The notes under the pieces: generated by a model
The model's database searches: none
Seen by the model: only the letters and a program-made list of their open reading frames with translations
Told to the model about the DNA's origin: nothing
Shown: in pieces, positions 11,506-25,073 of the stretch
Layout of the letters: each line of letters begins with the position of its first letter
Position numbering within the stretch: the stretch's first letter is position 1
Position numbers and translations under genes: made by a program
From: Eledone cirrhosa
Lineage: Eukaryota
Assembly (NCBI GenBank): GCA_964016885.1
Contig: OZ024758.1
Span: forward strand, 15,066,001 to 15,130,000
Length of the DNA stretch: 64,000 nucleotides
Direction: 5' to 3'

Positions 11506-11641
11506 TTAGCAAATATCAAAATTAGAATTACAGTTATCAGTTTGTCATGCAGGTATTTATAGCAGCCACCATTTTGGAGATTGCAGCTGTTTTGAAACTG
11601 CTTAGAATAAAATGCATGGCACTTATGAATATAAAATAAAA

Positions 11642-11806
11642 TGCTGCTGCTGCTGCTGCTGCTTCTTCTTCTTCTTCTTCTTCTTCTTCTTCTTCTTCTT
11701 CTTCTTCTTCTTCTTCTTCTTCTTCTTCTTCTTCTTCTTCTTCTTCTTCTTCTTCTTCTTCTTCTTCTTCTTCTTCTTCTTCTTCTTCTTCTTCTTCTTC
11801 TTCTTC
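11642..11806. repeat. (CTG)n followed by a long pure (CTT)n tract
   Basis: Seen directly. Confidence 0.97.
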
Positions 11807-11844
11807 AGTGACTCTCTCATCTCCAAGCTACAAATCTGTCCAGC

Positions 11845-12101
11845 GATTCTTTCCTGAGACATTCTAACCACATACCCATAGTATAGAAGCTGTGATCTCT
11901 CAATTCAGTGATTCTTTCCTGAGACATTCTAACCACATACCCGTAGTATAGAAGCTGTGATCTCTCAATTCAGTGATTCTTTCCTGAGACATTCTAACCA
12001 CATACCCATAGTATAGAAGCTGTGATCTCTCAATTCAGTGATTCTTTCATGAGACATTCTAACCACATGCCCAAAGTATCAGAGCTGTGATCTCTCAATT
12101 C
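11845..12101. repeat. 65-bp tandem repeat (4 copies) derived from a dispersed element
   Basis: Units start at 11845, 11910, 11975 and 12040; related sequence at about 38245-38480. Confidence 0.9.
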
Positions 12102-12678
12102 AAAAAAGTATTGGCTCTACCTGGAGTGACTCTCTGATCTCCGAGCTATGCATTTTATCGAGTAACATTACTCCAAAGACCCTTCTTATCTGTACTAAAA
12201 GAACAAAATTAAAGACCCAACTGAAGGACAGTTCTTAATTTGAGACAAGTTAACAGATATTGTTTGTGTATTGTATCTATGAGAGTGTAACTTTAACTTT
12301 GATAGGTTTCAGCCAGGCCATGTCAAACTTAATAGCACCACCTGTGTCTGTTAGATATTACAATAAACAACAAAATGAAAATAGTAAGACAGTTTTTAGG
12401 GTTGATTCCTGTTGCAAAATCTGCTGCTAAAATGTTGTATCATTCATGAAAAAGTTTGTTTTTTCTTTAATATATTTCTTGCAGATTTGCAATTTTTGTA
12501 GAATCATAATTTTTGCAGAATTGTAATTTTCAATGTTTAAAACAGGAATCCAAACAAATTTATTTTCTTTAAAAAAAAATTTATCAGCAAAATTTTCACT
12601 TCAACATAATCAACTGGTTTTTGAACATTTTGTGCTATTTTTTGTGAAAATTTTCTGACAAACTTGCAACCACCTAGT

Positions 12679-12725
<47 letters not shown>

Positions 12726-13057
12726 TTTTCTCTCTCTCTCTCTTTCTCTTTCTCTCTTTCCCCCTTTTTCTCTCTCTCTCTCCTTCTTTTTCTCTCTCTC
12801 CCCCTCTCTCTATCCCTTTTTCTCTTTCTGTTGCTCTTCCTCTTTCCCCTTCTCTTTCCCTATCTCTCTCTCCTTTCTCTCTTCTCCTACCCTTTGTCTC
12901 CCTATGCCCCCTGCCCCCACTATCTCTGTCTGGAAAAAATCAACTGTGTGTCCAACTTCCAACCTGGAAAGGGATGGTCTGGGCTCCACCAAATTCAAGT
13001 GCCCATATGTAACAAAGGCACCTCAACAGCGCCCCCTACGACTCCACCAAAGTTTAA

Positions 13058-13560
13058 CCTGTTGACTGCTGAAAATATTTTACACAGCTACAGTTGCTGT
13101 GCCAGGACTTTTTTCAGTAAAATGACTATTTTTTAAAACAAACATCTATTAACAACATATATTGAATGATTGACTAACAACACATCAATAAACTAGTAAC
13201 CCCATCTAGCTGTGAAGTTATGAACTATTGGAAACGAGATCATAACTTTGAAGTTATGAACTATTGGAAACAAGATCATAACTTTGAAGTTTTTTTTTTT
13301 TTTTTTTTTACGTCATTATACAGACTTTATTGTGTTGTATCAGATGAAAGAATGGTATTTAACTAATGTATTGGTATGCGATGGGGCCCACCCACAGCCC
13401 CGGCGGACAGAATGGAGAAGGCGTTTCCCCGGAGGACGGCAAGGGAGACGCGCTGGAAAAGCCACTCCAACTCGCGGGGCTCACTCCTACGGCTGGCCAG
13501 CTCAGCGCCTATGGTGGTGAGTAAGGAGTATGAACTGTTGGAAATGAGATCATAACTTTG
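13058..13560 (-). mobile_element. piggyBac-like non-autonomous element end, interrupted by a LINE fragment
   Basis: TTAA at 13054-13057 followed by CCTGTTGACTG; reverse complement of 21240-21497. Confidence 0.7.
13289..13528 (-). mobile_element. 5'-truncated CRE-like (RLE-type) non-LTR retrotransposon 3' end with poly(A)
   Basis: Minus frame 13524-13363 reads LLTTIGAELASRRSEPRELEWLFQRVSLAVLRGNAFSILS...*, followed by AATAAA and an A-tail; GC/CpG-rich. Confidence 0.8.
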
Positions 13561-14070
13561 GCAAGGAATCTAGTGTCAAAGAAGAACGGGGAGGAAGTTT
13601 GGGCTCTGAACCTTAGGCACAGCAGTGGAGGGGCTGCGCCCCATGGACAAGGCCACAGAAGCAGACCTGCCAAACCCCAAAAAAAACCCAAACGAGACAT
13701 ACCATGAAAAAAGGTGCCCTAAAATGGGAAGAAATAAAGCAAAATGGGGAGAAATGAAGCAAAATGGGGAGATTTTACATAAGGAAAGCTATACAGACAA
13801 TGGTCAATGGCACTTTCTGTGACAGGAGAAGATTGTGTGGAAGAAATTTATGAAGCTGACTTGTTTAATCCATGGAAGTTCAATGAGATTTGGTGAGAGA
13901 AAATTATTAGCTCTCTGGAAAGCTGCTGACTTGATTTAAAACTTCAATCATTAATAGATTTTCTTATTGGGTTTCTGCCATTTGCAGCATGAATAATTCA
14001 TAATAATAATTTAATATGCAAGGATAGGATTATATATATATAAATATATATATATATTGGAATAAATGGA

Positions 14071-14101
<31 letters not shown>

Positions 14102-14109
14102 AAGAGAGA

Positions 14110-14271
<162 letters not shown>

Positions 14272-14663
14272 TAGATATATATATATATATAGATATATAG
14301 ATATATATACATATATAGATATATATACATATATAGATATATATACATATATATATATAGATATATATATATTTACACACACACATATATAGATATATAT
14401 ACATATATATATATAGATATATATATATTTACACACACACATATATATATATATGTGTGTGTGTATATATATATATGTGTGTGTGTGTGTATATAAATAT
14501 ATTTGTGTATATATACATATTCACACACACACATCATATATATGTGTGTATATATTGACTATATGATGTAAATAAAAAAAATCTACCATTATTACTTATC
14601 TACAGGACTGTGGTATATTGTAACTATAGAATGTAAGACTGAAGTGAAATATATATATATGTA

Positions 14664-14702
<39 letters not shown>

Positions 14703-14773
14703 ATATATATATATATGTGTATATATATATGTATGTATGTATATATATATGTATGTATATATATACATGTATG

Positions 14774-14805
<32 letters not shown>

Positions 14806-14811
14806 CATGTA

Positions 14812-14842
<31 letters not shown>

Positions 14843-14881
14843 ATATATACATGTATGTATATATATATATATATATATATG

Positions 14882-14921
<40 letters not shown>

Positions 14922-15073
14922 ATATATAAGTGGACTGCCTATAACGATAACCTGTTATCCCGTATATATATATATATGTATGTATATGTATGTATGTATA
15001 TATATATAATAAAATTGAGGCTTGTTTGCATAATTGCAAACGATTTGAATGTTATTATTAATATATTTTCTTT

Positions 15074-15163
<90 letters not shown>

Positions 15164-15332
15164 AAAGAAAATTTCGCTGAGCATGGCTGAATACAATAAA
15201 TGTAATCTGAGTTTTTTGAATATTAATAATAACATTCGATTCGTTTGCAATTATGCAAACAAGCCTCAATTTTATAGCCATGTCAGTAGAATGAACACTT
15301 CATTCTTGCTCTTGTGTTGGCATGCGAACAGA

Positions 15333-15378
15333 ACTGCAGACACTAATGTTTCTGGGTATCACCCTTCATCAGTACAGC
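15333..15378 (-). ncRNA. Type I minimal hammerhead ribozyme motif
   Basis: Minus strand: GCTGTA CTGATGA A-GGGT-GAT-ACCC-A GAAA CATTAGTG TC TGCAGT; GUC cleavage triplet. Confidence 0.75.
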
Positions 15379-15528
15379 TGCCAAACTGTCAGAGCTAAAC
15401 TGTCTGCAAATATGCAAATCAGGCCAATCAGTGACTGTGTATTTTTGAAAATAGCATATATTTTCACTAGCTCTGACAGTTATTATTAATATTCGAAAAA
15501 CTCAGATTACCTTTATTATATATATATA

Positions 15529-15748
15529 TCATCATCATCATCATCATCATCATCACCGTTTTACGTCCGTTCTTCCACGCTAGCATGGGTTAGACGGGTT
15601 GTCCTGTTGTGGGCAGTGTCTAGTCGGCTGACCATGCCTTGCTCATACAGGAACTGATTTGGCTTGATTTCTACAGCTGGATGCCCTTCCTAACACCAAC
15701 CTCATTTACAGTGAGTGTTGGGTGCTTTTTCGTGGCGCCAACATGTCC
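15529..15748 (-). mobile_element. SINE family A 3' half
   Basis: Nearly identical to 10786-11000. Confidence 0.88.
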
Positions 15749-16233
15749 ACTTTATATATATATATAGATGAGATTCTACAGGACTAGAACTGTTTCATTC
15801 TTTAGAAATCATCATAATAATCATTTTTTAAATGTAATATTTGAAGTTCTAGTTAAACTTTAATTAGTTACTTACCTAGCTATGTGTGCTTACACACTGT
15901 ACAAATTATCCCCTGTGATTGTTTCATGTGTTTATTTTAGATATATATATATGTCAATCAATTTCTAATTGATATGTAATGCTCGGATCTATTCATTGGA
16001 ATCTTTGAGCTTATTCTACGGTGGATATGGCGCATGTCTCAGACATGACACCCTTAATTTAACTAAATTTTGGAGGTCAAATACCAGCCCTACTAGCATT
16101 TACAAACTGACCAATGAGAATTAAGATTATTCCTGCTGGCAACATTAAATTATTCCTAACAAGCTCATATGTCCCAAGGCTCTGATACCATCAACACCAT
16201 AAACACAGAGCTGGCATATCTAAGAACTGACTA

Positions 16234-16289
16234 ACTGCCTGATGAGGTCATAGCCATTCAATGGCTATCATCGAAATATATATAGCAAT
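16234..16289 (+). ncRNA. Type I minimal hammerhead ribozyme motif in a TA-flanked element (about 15953-16335)
   Basis: CTGATGA at 16239-16245; stem II GGTCATAGCCAT/ATGGCTATCATC; GAAA at 16273-16276; TATATA; UA; short stem I ACTGC/GCAAT with one mismatch. Confidence 0.7.
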
Positions 16290-16652
16290 AAATAAAGGAT
16301 TATGAGTTCATGCAATTGACTTATGTTTCGTCACTATATATATATTTGTATGTGTGTATGTGTCTGGGGATCTCCAATCTTTTGTAAGGTGAAACTGTCA
16401 GTAAAAGCAAATGGATTAGGTAAATATTTAAATTATATTTTTTAATTTTTTTTTTTAAATTGTTTGAATCTTACTTGCTCCGCTTATCTCAATTTTATAG
16501 TTCTGGTATGTCAAATTAATACCATAGAACAACCACTGTATCATAGACACCTATATATTTCCAGGGGTACTTAGTACCTGTGGGCATATTAACCTCTTTT
16601 ATATATATATATATAATATATAAGATCAAAAGATGGTTAAAAGAGTTCCATG

Positions 16653-16723
16653 TATTTTATTATGCGCATTTCAAAAACAAATATCATCATGCGATAACAT
16701 TTGCGTTTTCGTCAGATAAAATA
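16653..16723 (-). ncRNA. Type I minimal hammerhead ribozyme motif (family HA) within element 16621-16876
   Basis: Minus strand: TATTTTAT CTGACGA, long stem II, GAAA TGCGCA TA ATAAAATA. Confidence 0.85.
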
Positions 16724-16873
16724 GGGAGACATGATATGAAGGTTAAAAAACACTTGTGGATAGTGCAGTTTTAAATCAACATATTATTTATACTCCAGTC
16801 CTACAAACTGTAGAGTGCTACTTATCCGATATCTGCATTGCTTTATTGTACTACAATAAAACTCACCTCCTAC

Positions 16874-16912
<39 letters not shown>

Positions 16913-17082
16913 ATGTATGTAATTTCTTCTGGTTTTATAATTTGATAAATGTTTACCAACAGAGAGAGAGAGTCTGTTTCTAACATAGACACAAGACTCT
17001 CTCATTGGAATTTACACAACATCAACTAGGTAAATATGTATGTATGTATGTCGGCATGTATGCATATATGTATGTATGTATG

Positions 17083-17548
17083 TTCTTCTGGTTTTATAAT
17101 TTCATAAATTTTTACCAACAGAGAGAGAGAGTCTGTTTCTAACATAGACACAAGGTAAATATGTATGCATGTCTGTATGTGTGTGTGTGTGCAGGTATGA
17201 ATGTTACTGTATGTGGGGATGTGTATGTTTTGAGTTGTATGTGTGCATGTGCATATGTTTTGTATCTGTACATGTATACACGCAGTTATTACATGCAGAA
17301 TTTTTGGAATGTTTTACATATTTTTACTGTTCCATTAATGGATTGTACTTGTAATTTCCTAACTAGTTGTGTTCTTTCTGTTTCTGTGAAGCCCAGCTTC
17401 TCAAGATTTGTACTGAGGCCATTGCTTACATATCCCAGCGCCCCAATAATCACAGGTATAAATGTGAAGGTATAATCAGGGTGGAGTATCTGCAGATTCC
17501 TCATTAGTTCTGCGTAAATATTTTCCTTTTCGCTAATCTTTAATATTA
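17083..17548 (-). mobile_element. R4/Dong-like (RLE) non-LTR retrotransposon 3' end; duplicate 3' UTR at about 16924-17035
   Basis: Minus frame KISEKENIYAELMRNLQIL...FIPVIIGALG...LEKLG...LQVQSINGTVKICKTF*; 3' UTR ends in (ATAC)n. Confidence 0.78.
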
Positions 17549-17805
17549 TGTGTATGTGTGTATACATACATACATATTCAAACACTCGCATACACACACT
17601 CACATACATAACCACCCACACATATATACACACACATACATACATATATACATACATACAAGATGGCTACAAACTCACGCTAAGAATATTGCAATTGCTT
17701 GTCAAATTCACACACACGCATACATACATACATACACACACACACATGCATACACACACACACATACACAGACACACACACATACATATACATACATACA
17801 TACAT

Positions 17806-17854
<49 letters not shown>

Positions 17855-18284
17855 CATACACACACACGTATACACATATATACATACAATACATATATAA
17901 ACATCTCTGCTATACACTAACAGTTAGAGTAGGATATATACATGTTTCTCTATTTCTACAGTTAATATGCATATAGTAAAGTAATTTTATATAGGAAATA
18001 ATGTGACTCTGCAAATATTTCTTTGTTGCATCTGTCTTCATACCAGAATGAAATAAATGTCAAGTTACTGATTGTTCAAAGCTTCTGGCATGTTCAAATG
18101 AATGTTCAACTTTTTTCTGTTTTGCTTCCATCCTGTTGCCAAACCCTTGAAAAGGTTTTGTTTCATACCAACCTGATAAAATCTGCTTCTATTTAATGTT
18201 GAGGTAATTCTGAAATGATTTTGGTTTTTATTTTGATCTTATTTTAGACTTTGATGCAAGAAACAAGAGTCTGTTGAAATGTTG

Positions 18285-18595
18285 ATAGGCTGAAAAAAGG
18301 TTATAGGCTGACCAAGATACTCTCATGGAATGACCAAATGAGGTTTATTTTTCAACATAGTCCCTTGAAAGAAACAATGCAGTTATTAATAAGAAGTGTT
18401 GAAGGTCAGCTAAAAAGTTAAAAGGCTGACCAAGATACTCTCATGGAATGAGCAAATGAGTTTTTTTTTTCCAACAAGGTCCCTGGAAAGAAATAATGCT
18501 GTTGAAATTAATGCATGCAAGCTCTTTCTTTCACAGCTCTAGCATCACATCACTCATTCATAGTCAGCCTCTGAACTTTTCACCTCACCCTCATA
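18285..18595. mobile_element. Mariner-derived MITE(s) with a duplicated left end
   Basis: TIR GAAGGTCAGCTAAAAAGTT...GGCTGAC / GTCAGCCTCTGAACTTTTCACCTCACCCTCATA; minus strand 18344-18364 encodes DYVEK*, the mariner transposase C-terminus. Confidence 0.75.
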
Positions 18596-18598
18596 AAT

Positions 18599-18682
<84 letters not shown>

Positions 18683-18904
18683 TTACACTGTAAAGATGGT
18701 TGGCGTTAGGAAGAGCATCCAGCTGTAGAAAACCAGCCAGAAACAGCTCTATATGAACGAGACATGGTCACCCAAGACATCTTGCCTCAAAATAGGACCC
18801 GTCTAATCCATGCTAGCATAGAAGATGGACGTTAATTGATGATGGTGATATATATATATGTGTGTGTGTGTGTGTATGTGTGTGTGTATGTATACATACA
18901 CACA

Positions 18905-19127
18905 GAAGGGTCAACTGAAAAAAGTTTATAGGCTGACCAAGTTACTCTCATGAAATGACCAAATGAGGTCTATTTTTAAACGTAGTCCCTGGAAAGAAAC
19001 AATGCAGTTATTAATAAGAAGAGTTGAAAAAGATTAAAGAAGAGTTGAAATTAATGCATGCCAGATTTCACAGCTCTAGCATCAATGCCTCCAAGTCAGC
19101 GAATGAACTTTTCAGCAAACCCTCGTA
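18905..19127. mobile_element. Mariner-derived MITE, second copy
   Basis: GAAGGGTCAACTGAAAAAAGTTTATAGGCTGAC...GTCAGCGAATGAACTTTTCAGCAAACCCTCGTA; fragment also at about 38-82. Confidence 0.78.
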
Positions 19128-21000
19128 ATATTCTAAGAGTGTAAAAATATAAAATCTTTCTACCTGAGCATCGACAAAGGAAACAGTTCTGTTTTGTTTA
19201 ATCTTTTAATTCTCATCATTTTGTTTCCATATTTCTAACGAAACAAACTGTCTGTTTTAATTAGATTAAAAATTAATCAAAGACTTCAAGGGATTTAGCA
19301 GTATAACTAAATTTCTTTTTACTATCAACCTTTTAGTAAACATTCTTTCTGGTTTAATTAATTAATTAGGAATTTTGAGGGGTTTGCTAAAATTATTAAT
19401 TAATTAATTATTAAGACAGTAACTTAATCTATGTTTCTGATATAAAATTATGTTGAAAATTATAATTTACATTGGAGCCCTTTAAGATGGAAGGTTTTGT
19501 TTCATAAAACCAGTGTCGGTTTTGGCTGGGTTGGTATCAAAAAGGTTAAACTAATAATTGGAGGGGTTATGTAGGTGTCATGACAAAAACCACCCAGCAC
19601 TCATTGTAAATGTGGTTGGTGTTAGGAAGGGTATCCAACTGTAGAAATCTAGCCAGAAACAGTTCGTATGAACAGGACACGATCATCTGACCTAACTTGC
19701 ATCTAATGAGACAACCCGCCTAACCCATGCTAGTGTGGAAAGTGGACATTAAATGATGATAATGATGATGTTGATGATGTATCAAACCATAGAACCCAGG
19801 CAAAAAGATTTGAAGCAAGCTTATCAGTAATATCAAAGACATAACAACTTCCTTAGTGCTGCTATGATAAAATACACCCAGTACAGTCCATAAAGTGGTT
19901 GATGTTAGGAAGGGCATCCATTTGTAGAAACCATTAAAGGAACATATTGGGAGAGATATGGTCCCCAATCTGTCTAAGACTACAGAAGTTCTGATTATAA
20001 ACTAACTTTGTTTGTAACAACCCATCCAACCCATGCTATCATGGAAAAGCTGGCATAAAATGGTGAAGATTATGATGAATTTTAAGAAGTACCAAATCAA
20101 AAACAAGGCTTACATAGAATATCTCAAACATTTCTTCTTGCCACCTTATTTTTGACCTTTTAAAATGAACGAATAATTGTTCTTTAGTAGAGTCCTGCTG
20201 ACTAAGCTAAATTCTGAAACATATTTTAAGGCATGTATGTATTCTTTTCCTTTAATTATAATTTTCATCATACAGAATTGTGAAAATATTGAGAGAGAGA
20301 GAGAGGGGGGGGGGGAATAATAAATAATTAAACCTAACAAAATATGAGATTTTTTTTTTCTTCTATCTTTCTGTTTTGGGCAAACTATCTTCTAATGGTG
20401 AGCATTAATAGAAAACTGATTGTTCCATCATCTTAGTTGAACTTTAAGATGATACTGAGAGGAGCATGGAAAGACATGGATCTCAAGAATATATATTATT
20501 AGCTGCAAAAATATTAAAGAAAAAAAACAACAACGAAAAAACAAAAACAAAAAAAAAACAGGGAAATTTCTCTATTATGTTATTTCTGAAAATAACGTGT
20601 CAGAATATTTTTTATATTCAATGGAATCATCTTCACAAGCTATAGGGATAAATTGGAGAATGATTAAATAGAAATGGCTACAAATTTTATCTTTTTTAGG
20701 TTCATAAAAGATGTAATGGAATTGTTGTTATTACTTGTCACCTTCGAAAATTCATAATATTCAGTAATGATAAAATGTTTACGATAACCATAAAAAGACC
20801 ATTACTTCTGGTAGAGATCTAATAAGAATAAAGCTTATTACCTAATAGAGAAACGGAATATAAACACTCCAAAAATAAACCTATTACGAGGTTCAGTTAA
20901 TTGGAAACAATTTCAGTTCATTTTCTCAATTTAGAAAGAATTACAGTTTCTGATGGTATACAATACCTACCCCCCATCCTATTTTAGCAGAGAATATTAA

Positions 21001-21493
21001 CCTCTTCAGTGCCGTAGATGAGATAGCTCATCCTAACATGTATGTATTCCAGTGCCATGGACGAGATAAATCGTCCTAACATGTTTGAACTCTTTTCCAA
21101 CAGTTCATAACTTCAAAGTTATGAACTTCAAAGTCATGAACTCTTTTCCAACAGTTCATAACTTCAAAGTTATGAACTTCAAAGTCATGAACTCTTTTCC
21201 AACAGTTCATAACTTCAAAGTTATGAACTTCAAAGTCATGAACTCTTTTCCAACAATTCATAACTTCCAAGCTATGAACTCTTTTCCAACAGTTCATAAC
21301 TTCAAAGTTATGAATTCATTTCCAACAATAACTTCAAAGCTAGATGGGGTTACTAGTTTATTGATGTGATGTTTGTCAACCATTCAGATATGTGTTGTTA
21401 ATACATTTTTGTTTAAAAAAATAGTCATTTTATTGAAAAAAAATTGCGGCACAGCAACTGTAACTGTGTAAAATATACATGGCAGTCAACAGG
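21001..21493 (+). mobile_element. piggyBac-like non-autonomous element with an internal 51-bp tandem repeat (about 21086-21330)
   Basis: TTAA on both sides (20997-21000 and 21494-21497); imperfect TIR CCTCTTCAGTGCC/GGCAGTCAACAGG. Confidence 0.75.
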
Positions 21494-21804
21494 TTAAGAA
21501 AATAGGCAGCAAATGCTCAGAGATGCTGAAGCATGCAACAAACTACCTGCATCGGTTGTTAGCTGTCAAGACACTGCATCCTTCAAAACTTCCATGATTC
21601 CTAAAATTCGCCAACACTATACCTGATATTCCTCTTCTATAAACATGCACGCTAATGTATGTGTGTCTGCGTGTATATCATGACTCGTACACTGTTCACT
21701 TTCCTGACATTTGTACATTATTCTATGTACTATACATGCACCTTTGATGAGTTGTAGTGCACCTGAGCACTGTACACAATAATTTTTATTATTATATTAA
21801 ATTT

Positions 21805-22325
21805 GCAGTGGATTGGCAGTATTGGTAGAGCATCAGACACCATGTTTTGCAGCATAGAGTTATGGCCCTTTACATTCTGAGTTCAAATCCCGCCTAGGTT
21901 AACTTTGCCTTTCATCCTTACGGGGTCAATAAAATAAAGTACCAGTAATGCACTGGGAGTAATTGCTGCCCTTGTGCCAAAAGCAGAAACAATTATTATA
22001 TTAAATTGGCAGAGTTGTTAGAACGTCGGATAGAATGCTTTATGGTATTTGCTTTGACTCTCTCAGTTCAAATCTAGCCATGGTCAACTTTGCCTTTCAT
22101 CCATTTCAGGTCAATAAAAATGTACCAGCCTAGTACTGAAGTCCATTCTTCCTCTGTGTCTCTTCTTCGCTTCTATTTTCTCACTCTTTATCCTTCTCTG
22201 GAAGAAATCTTCTGTATTCTGACCTGGAGAGGAAATGGGCTCAGCCAGGCATTAAATGCTCTAGAGACACCAATAGAGTATGTCAATACTGTGCCCCTAT
22301 GACTTTCTCAGTAGTTACAGGTCCA
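21805..22325 (+). mobile_element. Two adjacent SINE-B family copies
   Basis: Two GAGTTCAAATC...GCCTTTCATCC...AAGTACCAG modules. Confidence 0.82.
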
Positions 22326-22529
22326 TCCCTCCATTAAGAAAATAATTTTCTGTGATTACAGATAAAAATATTTTACAGTTATTTTGAAAGTGCGTGACCA
22401 AATGGTTAGAGTGTTGAGCTCACAATCTTAAGATCATGAAATCAGTTCTTGGGCCGAATGGTGTGCTGTGTCCTTGAGAAAGACACTCCATTTCATGGGG
22501 TCCTTGTCCATTCAGATTTAAAAACAAAA

Positions 22530-22761
22530 ACAGAAGCAGTAGCATCAACAACAACAACAGTAGCAGTAATAACAGTAGCAGTAGCAACAGCAACAGTAAC
22601 AGCAGCAACAGTAGCAGTAGCATAGCAACAGCAACAGCAACAGTAGCAGTAGCAGTAGCGTAGCAGCAGTAGCAGAAGCAGTAGTGTAGCAGTAGTAGCA
22701 GTAGCAGTAGCAGCAGCAGCAGCAGTAGCAGTAGTGTAGCAGTAGTAGCAGTAGCAGTAGC
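22530..22761. repeat. (CAG/TAG/CAA)n compound trinucleotide repeat inside a SINE
   Basis: Seen directly; SINE head at about 22392-22500. Confidence 0.9.
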
Positions 22762-23607
22762 TGAGCGTTAACTTATGACAAACTGGTGTCCCATTTAGTT
22801 GGAGGGGAGAGTTTTGTACTCTCAGTTACTCAATATCAGTGAAACTGGGATATTGTCTGGTCTAATAAGTTGGGACAGATTTTAACTTTAACATCTAAAG
22901 TTATTAAAACATGTAGCTCAACTTTGTATATACAACTCAAATGTTATTTTCTTAGCTCCTTTTTGATGAAAAAGAAAAAAAGCGGGTCTTAGATGCCATT
23001 AGTATATCTGTTATAAGCAGAGTACATACAGTTAATATCTGTTAATGTTATCCAGATTAAAGTGTTAAAATTATAATTGTATTCTGAAGATGAAACAGAC
23101 TAACCTAGTTAAAATTTCCAGGGAAATTATGACTAATCTCCTTCATACAGAAAATTAAGCTAAAACAGCCATCTTTTTCGAAACAAAAAAATACTTTTAA
23201 TACATTAATACATATTTAATAAAAAGACAAACGAGAAAAATAAAAAATCTTGGAAAATTAAGAAAAATCATCTTCCGCTTATATTTTTTAAATTCTTTTA
23301 AGGAGCTTAATTGAAAAATATACAAAATGAGTAATTACTAAAAAATTTTCATAATTAAAAAATGCTGTGAGAATCATTAGAAAACCAATACATTTTCTAA
23401 ATAATGTGCTGACATTAAAATAAATTACATTGTTTTATAATGTTTATGATAATGGTGAGAAAGTATTGGGGATGTTTTCTAAATACATAAATTCCAAGTT
23501 ACTGCAAGTAGGCAGCCAACCAACCAGCCAGCCTCGAAAACCTCCGACTATAAGAAAGGAAGTTTTAATAATTCAATAAAATTTGCAACAAAAGGTTGGA
23601 ATGATAT

Positions 23608-25073
23608 TTAACCCTTTATCATTTACATTACTCTATCTTTACTATTGTATTTTCTTGGTAAAGGCTTTACCTCACATAATTATCTTACATAATATCGAAT
23701 CTATGAGATTTTAATATTATTTATTTTGAGAACAATACCTTAACATCAGTATCAGTGGCTGGTTACAGCCAGTTTGAACCGAAAGAGGTGAGAGAATTCT
23801 GGCCAGATACGACCAGTTTAACCTTTAGGATTTACATTACTCTATATTTACTATTGTATTTTCATGGTAATGGCTTTATCTTACATAATATCGAATCTAT
23901 GAGATTTTGTTATTATTTATTTCGAGAAGAATACCCTAACATCAGTTTGAGCAGCCAGTTACAGCCAGTTTGAACAGAAAGAGGTGAGAGAGTTCTGGCC
24001 AGATACAGCCGGTTTAAATGCTAAAGGGTTAAGACTACAGCTACTTTCTTTTAACCCTTTAGCATTTAAACTGGCTGTATCTGGCCAGAATTCTCTCACC
24101 TCTTTCTGTTCAAACTGGCTGTAACTGGCTGCTCATACTGATGTTAAGGTATTGTTCTCAAAATAAATGATATCAAAATCTCATAGATTCGATATTATGT
24201 GAGGTAAAGCCTTTACCAAGAAAATACAATAGTATATATAGAGTAATGTAAATGCTAAAGGGTTAAACCAGCCGTTTCTGGCCAGAATTCTTTCCTCACC
24301 TCTTTCTGTTCAAACTGGCTGTAACTAGCTGCTCATACTGATGTTAAGGTATTGTTCTCAAAATAAATGATATCAAAATCTCATAGATTCGATATTATGC
24401 AAGGTAAAGCCTTTACCAAGAAAATACAATAGTGTATATAGAGTAATGTAAATGCTAAAGGGTTAAACTAGCCGTTTCTGGCCAGAATTCTTTCCTCACC
24501 TCTTTTTGTTCAAACTGGCTGTAACTGACTGCTCATACTGATATTAAGGTATTGTTCTCAAAATAAATAATATCAAAATTTCATAGATTCCATATTATGT
24601 GAGATAATTATGTGAGATAAAGCTTTTACCACAAAAATACAATAGTAAATATAGAGTAATGTAAATGCTAAAGGGTTAAACCAGCCGTTTCTGGCCAGAA
24701 TTCTTTCCTCACCTCTTTCTGTTCAAACTGGCTGTAACTGGCTGCTCATACTGATGTTAAGGTATTGTTCTCAAAATAAATGATATCAAAATCTCATAGA
24801 TTCGATATTATGCGAGGTAAAGCCTTTACCAAGAAAATACAATAGTGTATAAAGGGTTAAACCAGCCGTTTCTGGCCAGAATTCTTTCCTCACCTCTTTC
24901 TGTTCAAACTGGCTGTAACTGACTGCTCATACTGATATTAAGGTGTTGTTCTCAAAATAAATAATATCAAAATTTCATAGATTCGATATTATGTGAGATA
25001 ATTATGTGAGATAAAGCTTTTACCACAAAAATACAATAGTAAATATAGAGTAATGCAAATGCTAAATGTTTAA
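23608..25073. mobile_element. Array of about 200-bp piggyBac-like MITEs (2 forward, 5 reverse)
   Basis: TTAA junctions; TIR CCCTTTAGCATTT/AAATGCTAAAGGG; other copies at 423-550, 27432-28102 and 30458-30674. Confidence 0.88.

Noticed and set aside
13797-13892. Possible plus-strand exon (QWSMALSVTGEDCVEEIYEADLFNPWKFNEI, then GTGAGA)
   Set aside because: A donor-like site is present but there is no polypyrimidine tract and no recognisable homology; RNA-seq would be needed
15780-15822. Degenerate minus-strand hammerhead (also 42810-42850 and 4970-5010)
   Set aside because: Core mutated or missing and stem I unpaired; at most relics
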